From: Tubulanus polymorphus
Lineage: Eukaryota > Animalia > Nemertea
Direction of reading: 5' to 3'
Length of the DNA: 64,000 nucleotides
Assembly: GCF_964204645.1 (NCBI RefSeq)
Contig: NC_134030.1
Coordinates: 4,630,778-4,694,777 of the forward strand
A program made the translations under genes and the position numbers. Below the pieces are notes generated by a model. That model was not told the DNA's origin, searched no databases, and saw only the letters and a list, made by a program, of their open reading frames with translations. Below, piece after piece: positions 49,501-62,488 of the stretch (position 1 is its first letter; the number at the start of each line of letters is the position of its first letter).

Positions 49501-52346
49501 TGGTGCAGCGGCGATCCGACTTGACTATTCCGATTTTGCAGGAAAACCAGGCGTGAGTTTTAACGTTACTTTTCATATCGCATCTAGAGTATTCAATATT
49601 TATGGGCTAATGAGCATTTCTTGTCTTAATTGATTTGATTTGATTTGATTTATCTTGCATAGATAATTGGTACAGAGATTATAGTTGTTGCACAGTGTAA
49701 CAATAATCTATGCGAGGAATGAAAGAGACAAAAAGGCTTATACTGGCTAAAATCCCTCACCACTTGCACTTACATTCATTCTCGCACTCATACGCGCATC
49801 ACACTAACGTCACATATAAGAACCAATTGTACATCAATTTTTGTTTTTTGCAGGCCAGCTTATCGCCATCATTTTCCGTATCGTTGACCGAAGGTCGGTG
49901 GTATCACTTGGCGTTTTCCATAGAAGGTACTTTCGTATCGTTATTCGTGGACTGCGTCGTCGTTGGGAGAGAGAAACTGAACAGAGTTGGCGGATTTGAT
50001 CATCGACAAACCATACTTTCAGTGCCTGTGCCATTTGGAAGGAAACCCAAATCCGCTTTCCAGGTATACCCCGGTACCCATCGCTTTTTATAACAATGAA
50101 AACTAACTTGGAAGTTTGTTGACGCCTTAATAAAATAATACGTTTATTGCTTAATATTGTCGACAATGTTAAAGATTGATTATTTAATGTTGGACTTGAA
50201 TATATCGATGAATAGAATTGAATTGAACGGCAACCAGTCTAACCGCGATGTATTGATGACGTAGTGCACATCGTCTAAAAAATAATTATTAGAAAAATAA
50301 TAATCAAAATTTATCGAAAATAAAATAAGAGTTATGAAATATATTCAATTACACAATAGATACCAAAATTCACAATAGTTATTTTGAAACGCCAATATTG
50401 ATGACGCAGTGCACATCGACTCACACAGAACCCTTAAATAATGTATACAGGAATATAAATGTATACAAACATTATTTTAACGGTTTTTTTGGCGTCAAAA
50501 AGAATCTCATTTGCCAATGTCTACCGATAATGATAAATGAAATCGTATCTATTGATACAGGGTGATATAGAACAGTTAGCCGTCGTTGAAAACCCAAAAG
50601 CTGCTGAACTTCAGTGTGGAAAAGTGCGTGAAAAGGGCGATGAAGTATGACTCGTTAACAAGACAGTGCTGATTTACTACTGAGTTCTTTCTGATAGAAA
50701 TAATATGAAAATGCTCTTATCTACATTTTCACAGATTAAAACAGTAGATGAGAACAAGATGACTGACTCTATGCGAGGGGATGAACGGGACAGTTTAGAA
50801 ACGACAACCACCATCGCAACCCATAGAGGTTCATGACCATATTCATTTTCTTGTTGTCTTATTCATAATAAGTACAGCATTTAGATTCGGAGCAAATTAG
50901 CTCACCGTACTCTACGATTCCATCTTAATATAATGATATTTTCTTCATTCTTTATAGCGAACTGTTATTGCATGAACGGTTACTGTGATAGTATGGGGGT
51001 ATGCCACTGTTCGGTGGGATACACAGGAAAGACGTGTGGCGAAGGTATGGAAAAATACCTGAACCAGTTTACAGATAAAAAAAATCTACTGCTCGTCACA
51101 AAATCATTTGCTTTTTGCCATTTTTATAGCAATCTGCTGTCCTTCATGTCAAAACGATGGTAGATGTGTTCATCCCAACGTCTGCCAGTGTAAGCGAGGT
51201 ACATATGGCAAAACATGTCAAAACAGTAAGTATTGTATAAGCATTAATCTTCGTCGAATCCGATTACCTACCGATACACGGGCGTCACCAGAGGGGGGTT
51301 GGGATGTGCGGACGACCCAGCTTTTTAAATCCAAGTTCCGTATTTTTAGTTCCTGATTTAGTTTTTTCATATCCCGGAAATTTCATAAATATTTTACCTT
51401 AAAAAATCCTAGTGACGCCTCTGCAATATCAGCCCTTTCGAGAAATATTTAGTATCTGAGTATTCAATGTATGATTCTTTCTGACAGTTTATTGTCAAAG
51501 GCCCTGCTTGAACGGTGGAAGATGTGCTATGTTTAATCGTTGTATATGCCCGCCAGGTTACTACGGCCATCAGTGTCAAATGCGGTAAGTTAACGAAGCA
51601 GCCACTATCGCGTATTTCCGTTACTGACGACAGATACGGGTTCATCTTTGAAAAAAAACCTTTTACATTTCATAGGCACTGTATATATAGGGCTATAGCA
51701 GTGCCCTTCGTTGAAGGTCACATGATGCCTGTGACCGAGGTTCACAGTGTTCCATGTAGTCAGTGGTCGTGGGCGATGTGTCAAAATACTCGGTACGTAT
51801 ACATCGTGTAAAAAGACATATTTCCCAATTTTTGAAACTTGGTCGCGCGAACATCCTCGCTTGCCAGGGGTCCGGTATTACTCCCGAACTCGCTTCCACC
51901 AGCCCCCTGGCCTCACGAAGCGTGATTTCATTACTGGCGCTGTTGCGCATGACGTCATATATCGATTTGCGAAATACTTCCTTGTTCGGTAAAACGTTCG
52001 CTGATTGGTCAATTTAACGGGAAAACCAACAGAAGTCTACTGACGGTTTGTTACAAGCGCTGTGATTGGTACGACCGGATTCTGGTCGGCTAGTAACGAC
52101 TCCAACGACTCGTGGGGTCAAGGGGTTCGGGGAACAGCTTTAGCGTAGTGGGTTCGAATCCCTTGACGGGTGAAGATGTCGCGCGAAAGGTGTTTCTACG
52201 ATATACATTGATAACTGTTTAGCTATCAACACGTGAAATGATCTCATTTCAGAGTGTACTACAGAATGGCTTACAGGGTAAACTATCGAACACAATACAG
52301 ATGCACATATCCTGGTTATAAAACTTATAACGGTTTTATCAAATAA
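46525..52346 (+). CDS. Secreted mosaic ECM-like protein: signal peptide, NtA (agrin N-terminal-like), TSP1, TSPN/LamG, RGD linker, 3 EGF, C-terminal EMI-like; ~595 aa
   Basis: Exons 46525-46978, 48822-48971, 49248-49552, 49854-50063, 50561-50644, 50735-50828, 50958-51044, 51130-51225, 51488-51584, 51676-51792, 52253-52346; 1788 nt in frame. Motifs: ERAQLADVVV..FGDKAMC..YILFL (NtA); WNAWSDWSACDKQC..GTQIRQRRC (TSP1); FPLDFSILLT..GRWYHLAFSI..LFVDC..FQGDIEQL..AAELQC (TSPN); C.N.G.C..C.C..GY.G..C x3 (EGF). Confidence 0.85.
51277..51423. mobile_element. Short MITE in intron 8 of the NtA gene
   Basis: Imperfect TIRs CACGGGCGTCACCAG...CTAGTGACGCCTCTG. Confidence 0.6.
51852..52178. mobile_element. 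Mutator/MULE-type MITE, long copy, in intron 10 of the NtA gene
   Basis: Imperfect TIRs CATCCTCGCTTGCCA...TGACGGGTGAAGATG. Perfect 9-bp TSD TCGCGCGAA at 51843-51851 and 52179-52187. Confidence 0.85.
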
Positions 52347-52615
52347 ATACTTCATAAATGAATACATGTGATTTTAGATACAAAAATATTTGTCATTTCT
52401 CCGATAGTATCTCCGGTCGGCATCTCGCTCGCCATACTGATCTTTGTAATAAAACGTTAGAATCCCAGAATTGTGAAATGGGCTAAAAACTTTGAATATA
52501 TAGAAATATTATGATGATCTTTGAATAAAATGATCTTTGTAATCTTTTTAATTCTATACGAGAATTATGCGTTACGCGCCATGTCCATCAGTAACCTAAG
52601 CTACAAGAGAGGAAA

Positions 52616-52643
52616 TGACGTCAGCGCCAGCGTGCATATAATA
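52616..52643 (+). promoter_or_regulatory. CRE palindrome plus TATA-like element upstream of the 52738 gene
   Basis: TGACGTCA at 52616-52623 and TATAATA at ~52637, about 100-120 bp before the ATG. Confidence 0.4.
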
Positions 52644-52737
52644 TCGAAGTAAACGGATGATATCCCCATAGTTATCAGATACAGCACTGGGTGACAATTT
52701 GATTGATATTAGAACCAAGACATATACATTACTAGAC

Positions 52738-54093
52738 ATGGCAAAGAAGGAAAACATGGGTATATACTCAGCAGCTTTTATCGTAGTTTGTGTCCTGTCA
52801 CTAGCTGGTTGTTCGGTGCCGTTCGGCCGACAACAAAAAGATGATAAGGACCCAATGAAAAACACCGATAGCGACGATGGATCTTTTTTGCCGATTGAAA
52901 ACCGCAGAGGAGGTGGGCCGCGAGGAGAACGAGACGACGACGTCGATATCAGTGAAAGTAAGGAAGTTTTCAGAGATATCGTTCCGAGAGCATATCCCCG
53001 AGAAGCTACGCTTTATAGAACAGCGGACAGAGACCTTTGTTCGTCATTACGGGTAAGTATGATATGCAAATGTTTATGGTGTTGTTGTAATTCAACGAAA
53101 CGTTTTTCGTCACCTGTATTCGATTCGTAGGACAACATAACGCCCGATAAGAATTAAAACCGCTTTTTGGAACTTAGTCTAAATTATTTGTTCATGTCAT
53201 CAAGTTATCTAACTATGTTTACTACGATTGGTTACATGCTTTCTTTTTTCACAATGAAGCGATCATTGAAAATCTGTATTGTTTTTAGCGGCGGCTTAAT
53301 CCTCGTGCTCTATCTGCGGTACGAACAGCGTTATTTCCTCTTCCTCCGGTGAGTGATGATTTGTTTTTCGAAACAGCAATTTCATGTGTTCATTTCACGT
53401 GAAAAACAATGTTCATTTCATTATTTGAGATGAAAAAGTTAAATTCTAAGATAGAAACCATCCGGTCAGTGAAATCATAAGTGAAGAGTATGGAGGAGAA
53501 TGTATTATAACATGCGTATCTTAGTGGTTTACAATTAAAAGAAAAAACAAAACGTTTCAAATCGTTTTTTAGATGGGAGTGCTCATTATAGTTCGTGAAG
53601 TGGACGACGAAGGTCGACTGAAAAGGTCATCGAGGACTGCAACTCTTTCACCACGTTTGACGGTGATAAGCGCTCTGTGGAAGGTTAAAGAGTCGTTTAA
53701 GCAGGAAAACACATTTTCGGATGTGGAGAATCCTTTCAATTTCGAGATAGTCAGGAAGTTCCGATGTCTCGTTCTAAGAAGGTACCACGCATCGGAGAAT
53801 GAAAGCCACTGGACGGTTACAGTTAAAAACCGTGGCAAGGTACGTTACATACACGTTTAGAACCAAAGGGCCCGCTGCCATTTTACCTCAAAATCAAAAA
53901 CCAATCCTTTATCCCCATAACACGCTTGGGGAGTAGGCTTGGATTCTTCATATCTGTTTGATCATATCTTAATCTATTCGTTCTATGTATTTTCTAGTTA
54001 AAATACAAGAATAACTGCGTTCCAACTGAGCGGATTTTACACGCAGGAGATGTGGTCATATTAGAAAATCACCCGATTAACACGAACGAATGA
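52738..54093 (+). CDS. Secreted protein of unknown function (~245 aa); C-terminus resembles a DUF4430/transcobalamin C-terminal beta-grasp domain
   Basis: Exons 52738-53052, 53289-53348, 53573-53839, 53998-54093, all phase 0 GT-AG. Signal peptide MGIYSAAFIVVCVLSLAGC (alternative ATG at 52756). Pattern TVISAL...FNF...HWTVTV...LHAGDVVIL. The domain call is by eye only. Confidence 0.7.
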
Positions 54094-55571
54094 GGCACAT
54101 GAAATCCACGAATGTCGAATTATTAGCAAGAAAATAGAATACACTTAGAGTGATATTCAGTACCAACCATCAAATTGGAAATAAGAATCTTTTCAGTAAA
54201 AGTTATTTTTCACTGTACACCACCAACAGCCGAGCTACAGTCAATCCCCGATATACACTCACATCAGTGGTTTAGGATTGTTGCGGTGGCGGATCGGGGA
54301 TTAAATTTCATCCTCGAAAAAACCTGGCATTTTGCGGAAGTTGGGGTTTATCAGTGGGTGTGGTATATCGTAGATTGGCTGTATTGTGATATTATTTTCA
54401 CTCAATGTAACACTAAACTACGTGTATATTCCTGACGGCAAAAATTGTGGCACCTCTCCGAGAACTATGAATAGGCTTATGGCGGAAATGAAATGAGTGG
54501 AGAATAAATTCAGTATATATGTGCACACTACAACGCTTATTCAGTTGATGAGACCCGTATTTCGAAGGATGGTACGTTTTCATAATTGATTCTAAGTAGA
54601 CAAATATAACTGACATTTACGACACGTTACGGGGGGTTACTCATTCACATCGTGCCGTAACGTGGAGGAAATAATTAGATTATCAGTTTAAGTTAATTCG
54701 TTATTAATTTGTCAGCATGAGTATCCACCCCATACCCTAGTAGGATATGAAACTTGCAATCTATTAATTTAGCAGGACTTATACTTGACAACTGTAGATG
54801 GGATTCGTCTAGTCATCACCGTAGATCGTACATTTGAGAGGATCGTATCTGGGACCAAGTCTTCTTCAAGCAGTCGTTGTTATGGCTGATTCGCACTAAT
54901 GAATAAATAAAACGACGAACACAGCTTCGAGGGATACATTCATCATGTAATACTGGTAGCTGTTTATTTTTTTTTACAGAATTTACAAAAATACACGATA
55001 TCTGCTGACTATTTACACAAAAAACTAAGATCTTCCAACATTTATATTTGGTATAGCTTCATATCTTACTGAATAGTTCGTCGTGCGATATTTTGTTATA
55101 CATCATTCAGAACAAGCAGATCACATGTAAAATTTGTAGTACCATTAACCAAATCATTTTATTGGGAAACGAATTAAAAAACGGAAATTTTGAGCTTAGT
55201 CATAACCTGACTTTGTGAGAACTGGCCATTCTTCGAGCACTAAATACATATATTATTTGCACTGTACACTATACATCTACATTGGACAAATTTCCAAATC
55301 CATTTTTCCTTTTTTTACAAAACAATAGTTTCGCTGTACAATGGAAAATTTGTATGAACATCTTTATCGATTCATCCACAACTAGTCATTTTATGTCGCA
55401 CACAGTTATATCACAATCTACAATATTAGCCATAATGAATGATCAAATCATTGATTCGAATTAGCAGAAGTCTTAATCCGAAAAAACCTTTCTTCGACTT
55501 AATTACGAGCTCTAGTCCGAATGTGTCATCTTTTGCAGTAGGTTTCGATGAATACAGTCGTTTTTTCCGTG

Positions 55572-58500
55572 TCAAAACATCGCCATAAATTCTGCAGATC
55601 TGTGCCTGGAAAATAATGAAAAATGCAAGCGCGTAACAATCGTTTTTCGAACATTGAATCAATCTTTAACATCTACGAAATGCATTTACTGCAGGATGAA
55701 CAAGAAAACTTACCATAAACTAAACATGCAAATAGTAATCACCAAACTTATATCAGCTAGTAATGGTATTCCAGCGTCGTTCGTTCTTCCAGCCATGACG
55801 TAATTTGGGGCACCTACAACGGCATATAATATTACACAGTTTTACCTTTTCAAAATACAAACTCCGATGTAACGCTCACATCGCTGGTTTTAGGATTTCG
55901 GTGGTATAGAAGTAGAGTCTGGCAGTATTTGGGGATTGGCTGTATTTCAAAAAATGATTCAGCCATTATGGAGTAAAGTAGTTGAGTGATTAAGAATTGA
56001 TTACCATTCAGAATATCAAATGCTCTCGTTCGGTATTCGGGAAGCCCGTAACAAACATCCACATCGTAAGGTCCCATGTCGTCTGGCTTGATTGCGCTGA
56101 AGGTCAACGTATTTGTGTACGTATCACCTTCAATCTACAATAAGATAATGATTACTTTACTCTTACACATCATCTAAATAAATTGGAATGTTTTTTTTTT
56201 AACATCAAACAGTGCACTTTTGATTACCTTCTCTTCGATACGCGTATGCGAATCGTCCTCCAGTCGATATCGTATCCGCGTTCCGGATTTGACTTTGTAC
56301 CATCGAATATTACAGTCGAGAGGATTGCCGCGATAGCTGGCGATCACTTTCACATTTTTCGAGCCCACTTGCGTGTAAATATGAAAAGGGTAACGGAAGT
56401 CGTAGGGACCATCTGAAATCAACATGAAACACAGTTAAGTAAATCACTAACGTTAACGACTGTATAACAAGTCAGTTCCACAGCGTCGCAGTCAAGGGAA
56501 TACAATACATATTTTCTATATGTATACCAAAGAAAGATTTCTATTTTCCCATCAAATACAATAAAGAGTATTATTACAGTGGTAAATGGTGTGTAATAAT
56601 CATAAACAGCAAATACATATTATTCGAAGAGCCAATCGTATCACTTACATAGCACCGTAATACCTAAAACGGAAGACATTTCCTTATATCCGGGAACCTT
56701 TGCTGTGCATCGAGCAGACTTATCAGTGTCCGAAAAATAGATACCTTCAACACGACCAGGGAAGTGAACAGTATTGAAACTACAACGAAAAGCGAACATA
56801 ATCAGTACTAGTGTAATAAAATTACTACGTATATCTATCCATTAGTAACTTACATAGCTTCGTATTCGTACGGGGACGGATGGGCTATCGTATCCGGTGT
56901 GGCTGTTCTATTTCCAATTAATATCTGAATGTTTGGTTCCGATGATGTATATGACGTCACCGAACAGCGAATCGTTGCCATCGTCACGCCTATTCGCATG
57001 TCCATCGTAACAGCGTCGTTGTTTTTCAAATGGCGGACGCTATGTCCGTCGGTTACTTTCTCCCATCCTACCCGAGCCACTGGACCTAATTCCGACGAAG
57101 ATAATAGATTATGTACCCGGTACAAGTGATTTTTACACGCTATCGTCACAAAAACTCTTACTTACTAAGCACGTTTATACGAATAGTTTTGGGTTCGTGG
57201 CCAGTTTTCTGGCATCCGTAGACACCGGCATCAGTTCCTGTCAAATCTAGAAAAGAATGCATCGATGTCATTGTTGTTTAACGAGGTTCTGGATGACTCA
57301 AATCTCCAATAAATGTATAGGATGAAATATCTATACTTGTAATAGTGAGCTTTAGTTCCGCTCCTGGACCCAGAAAGAACCCCTTTACTTTAAATCGGCC
57401 AGTTACTCTGTATTTGTACGCAAGTTCACGACCTTGACAGATAATCTTTTGGTCATTGTTGACAATCTTGTACATGAGTAGTTCGCTGAAACTGGCAATT
57501 TTGCGGTCCTGAAAATAAAGAAATAACAATTAAAGCCTTTAATGAAATATCTTTCGGTAAATTGACTGACGTACGGAAAATGAGTCTATTGTCTAGTTGC
57601 ATAAATTTCGATTCACTTTGCGGGAACTCAAGAAACGGGACATTCTCTTTACTCCCTTACCTATACCTACATAATACCCTGACGAATGGATGCATTGAGT
57701 GCATTGACTTTTTTCCCCATTTATACGCGCATGGTTAAGAAAATAGTTTCTCAGCACGCTCCCATGATACAATCGTCATGCTTTTGTGAGCGACCGGTAA
57801 TTTCATGCTTTCATTAGCTGAACAGTCTTCCGTATTTGAGCCTAATTAACCGGCTATACTCACGCCAATGAGTGCTAATTCAATATATCAAACGACCTAA
57901 ATGCATTATACGTCCCAGGTCACCGTTCGACCGGCAAATCAGTCGACTAGCACTATCGACTGATTTCTGCCTGGTAAGGGCCTTGTTTTCGGAAAGAAAG
58001 CTACTAGCGCGCGTCACTGCCATGGCTTTCGTTTCTATAGTTACGAAAATCATCATACACCAAAATTAATTTAAACTGATGAAATTTCATTCGCTGGAAA
58101 CACTCGAAGCGAAGGAGTGCCTCGCCTCTGTGGATAGCTCGCCAGAGAACAACGGCGATGAAGTATTAGTGGTCGCTTTCCAAGTGGTTCCGTTTGTAAA
58201 AACATCGCAGAAGAGTGACGTCATCGCGATAAGCCGAATGTCGACGCAAGAGATAATTGAAAAGGCGTTCGATCATGAACTCGCGTATCACCGATCTATC
58301 GTGTTTTGTCGATAAAGAAATTGCCAATAATTCACCCAGCAAACACTCACTACGTGTTCAAATGTGATATACCGCGCCGAGAAGACGCAGTTCGTCCGTT
58401 TTCTATAGTTTGTCGATCGGTTTAGTTGGAATATATTCATACATTTCGAAAATGTATGCACCGATGGTGTTTACGTATTGTAATTACGAGAAGCATCTGT

Positions 58501-61175
58501 AGAATAAATATGGCGGAAAAAAACGTTCCTTACATGTATTTGAGTATTCATTCTATTCAGTTCTCAGGCATATATCTCACGTTTTCATTTCCATGGTTAC
58601 TGAATAGAAATGTGACAGCTGCAGATGACACAAAGTGTGCCGATGATGATTTTTTGATGGTCTGAAATCTATGCGACCGGGAGCAGAGTATTTACCCACA
58701 ATCGATTTTCAAATAGGCCTTCGTTTTCAAAAATGGTTGAAACGGTTCGAGACAAACGTAAAAATGCACTGCCTCTAATGGAACGCTTTCCGAAATTCGA
58801 GGATTAATGCGACTTAAATCGATGTTCTAATCAGGAAAGAACAGATTTATCAGTTCATACTAAACCGATCAAATTTGCGTTTCTATTCTGTCAACTACGC
58901 CCGTGATCTAATGGCTGAAAATGTACCAGGTCGCGTGAATAGACTTTCTTTTCTGTTTGATGTGAAATGCGCATATTTTCTAGTTTGATTGAAAGCCAAA
59001 GTCGTTAAACGACCTACGTGCTTTCTTTTGCATAAGATACGATCGAGGCTCTATGTTCAACTGTGCCAACCGCGTATTCCGCTTGTGGATCCACCAGGTG
59101 TCGCTAGTGTCCATTCACCATTCAGACCCCAGATTTATCGATGATAAGTGAAAACGATGAGGAACCCAAAGATCACTCCGAGTTTGTCAAGACATGGTAT
59201 TTGTCTAACCACTAATATGATAGGCTCATAATCAAGATGAAGTTCATCGATAATGAACTAAATTATCCGATTCTAACTTATGAGTAGTCGATACGCACGC
59301 CATCTAGCGGTATACCTAGTGGCACAGGTCCTCATTGTCCACCTTGTTAGGTGCGCTAATAGTGCCACAGTAAGTCTGGCTCCGTATCGAAATCAAGTGT
59401 ATAGTTTCACCTCGCAGCTTGGAAATTCGCATACTTACCCAACAAATAATCGTCACATTCGCCCCTTTGTGGGCCTTCTGGGGCTCACTCTTCATGCGTA
59501 ATTGATGGGTCCCTGAATTGCCAGAAAATGAAAAACCTTTAGGCTTAACGTGAAAACTTGGTAGCAATAAAAGAAGTTCCGATCGTCAAATGCAAATCTA
59601 CTACACCGTTGGCACAAAGCTAAATAATCATGATTTATACGGGTAAATAGATTGTAATAAGAAAATCATCGATTCGTTTCACTTAATGCATGTATGAATT
59701 TGATAGAATATAAATCTCTCGTAAATCATTTTACAATTTGTCTTCATTTGGCTGATTGCGTGAATATTTCTTTTTTCCGTTGCTTTCGTCCATTGCCGCC
59801 CGGGAGACAGAGAGAGAGTTGCTATGGTTGCAAATATCTTTCGTGCTGGTAAAACAGGTAAATGATTGATCTTTTGTTTCTAGATCCGGTAAAACCTAAC
59901 ACTTGAATGGTATTTACAACACTTATCTACATACTTAAAACCAGCCTTTATTCAGATCAAACAAGTATCCATGTGAACATACATGTAATAGCGCATACCA
60001 GGCCTTCATTTTGGATGAGTGCGGAAAAAAAAATATAGATAAGGCAGAACTTGTTCGATGGCACTCGTGGTTGCATAAGCGTGGAGACATAGGTGTGAAA
60101 CCCCAAGGGGAGGTTGGGGGTACCCATAAGGAAACTGAAAATCTGAAGCATTTTAGATGCGTTTCCAGTCAATGTTATTTTGTTAGTGAATATTTTACAT
60201 AACAGTCACTGTGATGTAATCTAATACAATTTCATTGACAAAAATAGTGGAACTCGTCGGGTACTCGGCCTACAAACATTCTTCATGGACGGATTTCGAT
60301 GAACGAACCAGTAAGCAGTCAAGATCTTTACCAAGAAGCCTGTGACTGCTGTTACCATAGTTGGGTAAACTAGGATCGTAGTGTGACTTAGGACGTAGGA
60401 TTCATAGGATCGTAGATACAACCACCTCCGTACAAGACTGGGTGAACCTCTTCCTAGGGTCGTACGTATAATATCAAATCAGGCACGGGATGCTGGCTTT
60501 CCGTGGCGTCTAGAGCTGATTTGATCACGGGATGAAATGACCTGGACATAATTGAGATATAATGGCCCTCATAAATCAACTGAAGCCGCCGCAGCCATAA
60601 ATAAAGGTCATTAAATAAGCCGCGTAGAGCCATGGATCATCTCGGTGGTTAGTCTCGTCTCGATAGGCAACCACGGTGCGATAACAAACACGCGGCTTAA
60701 CAGCATCCCGCAGAAGCATGTGTAGCCTATATTTTCGGTAGTAGCGAGTAAATTATCTACGATCTTTTTCCTAGGGAAGAAACGGCCTGCGGTGGTAACG
60801 AGTAAATTTTCTACGATCTTTTTCCTAGGGAAGAAACAGCCAATTTCTGAAGTGGCTTCATTTTCCTAAAATCTCAGCTGATTTGTTCACGAATAATTCA
60901 ATTTAAAGTAGGGTTGGATAGATAATAATACTAACACGGATGCACAGAAAATTATAGATTGAAAACAAATTTTCCTTCAAGTACAGAGCTATGGAGCCAA
61001 GTCACAAGCATAATAGGCAGTATACCTTATTTTTGTATTGGCGTTACCAAATATCTCATCACTTATGAATCAGTAATAATCACTTGTAAATAAATGAATA
61101 CGTTTTGCATGCAAATGTACAGTGCTTACCTCTAATAAAGAACATCACGAGCAAAACAAATGGAATAATACCCAT
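55572..61175 (-). CDS. Divergent three-Ig-domain cell-surface protein, probably GPI-anchored (IgLON/lachesin-like architecture), ~394 aa
   Basis: Exons 61175-61130 (MGIIPFVLLVMFFIRG), 59512-59439, 57508-57337, 57246-57166, 57085-56854, 56779-56649, 56412-56228, 56134-56005, 55813-55714, 55605-55572; 1185 nt in frame. Ig motifs GANVTIIC..LTITNLTGTDAGVYGC; ATIRCSV..ARCTAKVPG; GNP..IRWYK..TLTFSAIKPDDMGPY. Hydrophobic C-terminal tail. Confidence 0.82.
60736..60841. repeat. Two-copy tandem repeat, 54-bp period
   Basis: CGGTRGTARCGAGTAAATTWTCTACGATCTTTTTCCTAGGGAAGAAACRGCC x2. Confidence 0.9.
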
Positions 61176-61263
61176 TTTGAAATGGACTATCTAGAATGAG
61201 AAATAGGTTATATGTATAAGGTTGAAAGTGTAAATATCTGGATTCCACTTAAGTAGAATTTAA

Positions 61264-61520
<257 letters not shown>

Positions 61521-62488
61521 AGTTTTGGTGTATTCTCTAAAGGTGGCAAAATCCCTGGGATATGAATTCAAACAATTTCGAAATTGCAATATGACAACCC
61601 ATCAGCGCGAATGAATTGCCTTAAGCTGAAACTGGAATAATACTGTATAGCGGCAATATTTTACCCTCAGAACTGATTCTCATTATTGAAAGTGTCAAGT
61701 CTCTCCAATCAGCATCTGAGTTTAGTTGGCGTGATATCCAGTGAAAAACACGACGATGTTCAATCAAATGTGGATTTTTGAGATGATAAATGAATCGACT
61801 CGTATTGTTGCTATCGCAAATGACGACGGCTACAACACGATAGTTTATTAATTTCAACGCAGCTATCCCACTTAACGTGCACTCTCATCGTCGGTAGCCG
61901 TGCTGGATTAATCGACCATATACATATCACGTCGTAATTCATTAAGATAGTATCGGAATTGCAACACTGTGTAAATATTGTCTAGTGGCTTCATCGCAAG
62001 CATGGGTAGAGATGCGCGAAAACCATGCAACCTAACGCTGCAATTGCTAAGAACATTCTCAAATGTGCGGTGACATCCAATTAGAATTTTACGGTCATTC
62101 CTCACCAAACTCGGATCAATACATTTCAGCTCTTAAACCCATTATAGTGAACAGTGAAATATGCCCGGACAATGTAGCGGAGGTTGGGCACAACTAAAAG
62201 ATCCGTTTTGAAAATATGTCAACACACATCATTCGACACGCACCATTATTATGGTTCTCATTACAGTTGAATAGTTCTCAAGTACTTCTCAGAACTTCTC
62301 GATAGTTTTGTGAATACGGATACTCCATGCTACTCACTAACGTGATGATGCTATTTATCGAAAGCTAGAACAGGCTTTCAGATCACGATACACCATTAGC
62401 TCCGATTCGACGATGAAAGATCCAGAAATGCATTTTTTACATCATGTAAAAGAAATAGAAACGTTCTACGGAGACTTATTATATCTTC

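Noticed and set aside
55814-55845. Apparent 32-nt GT-AG micro-intron in the Ig gene
   Set aside because: The upstream segment has an in-frame stop; the 56004-55814 intron gives a clean phase-1 join.
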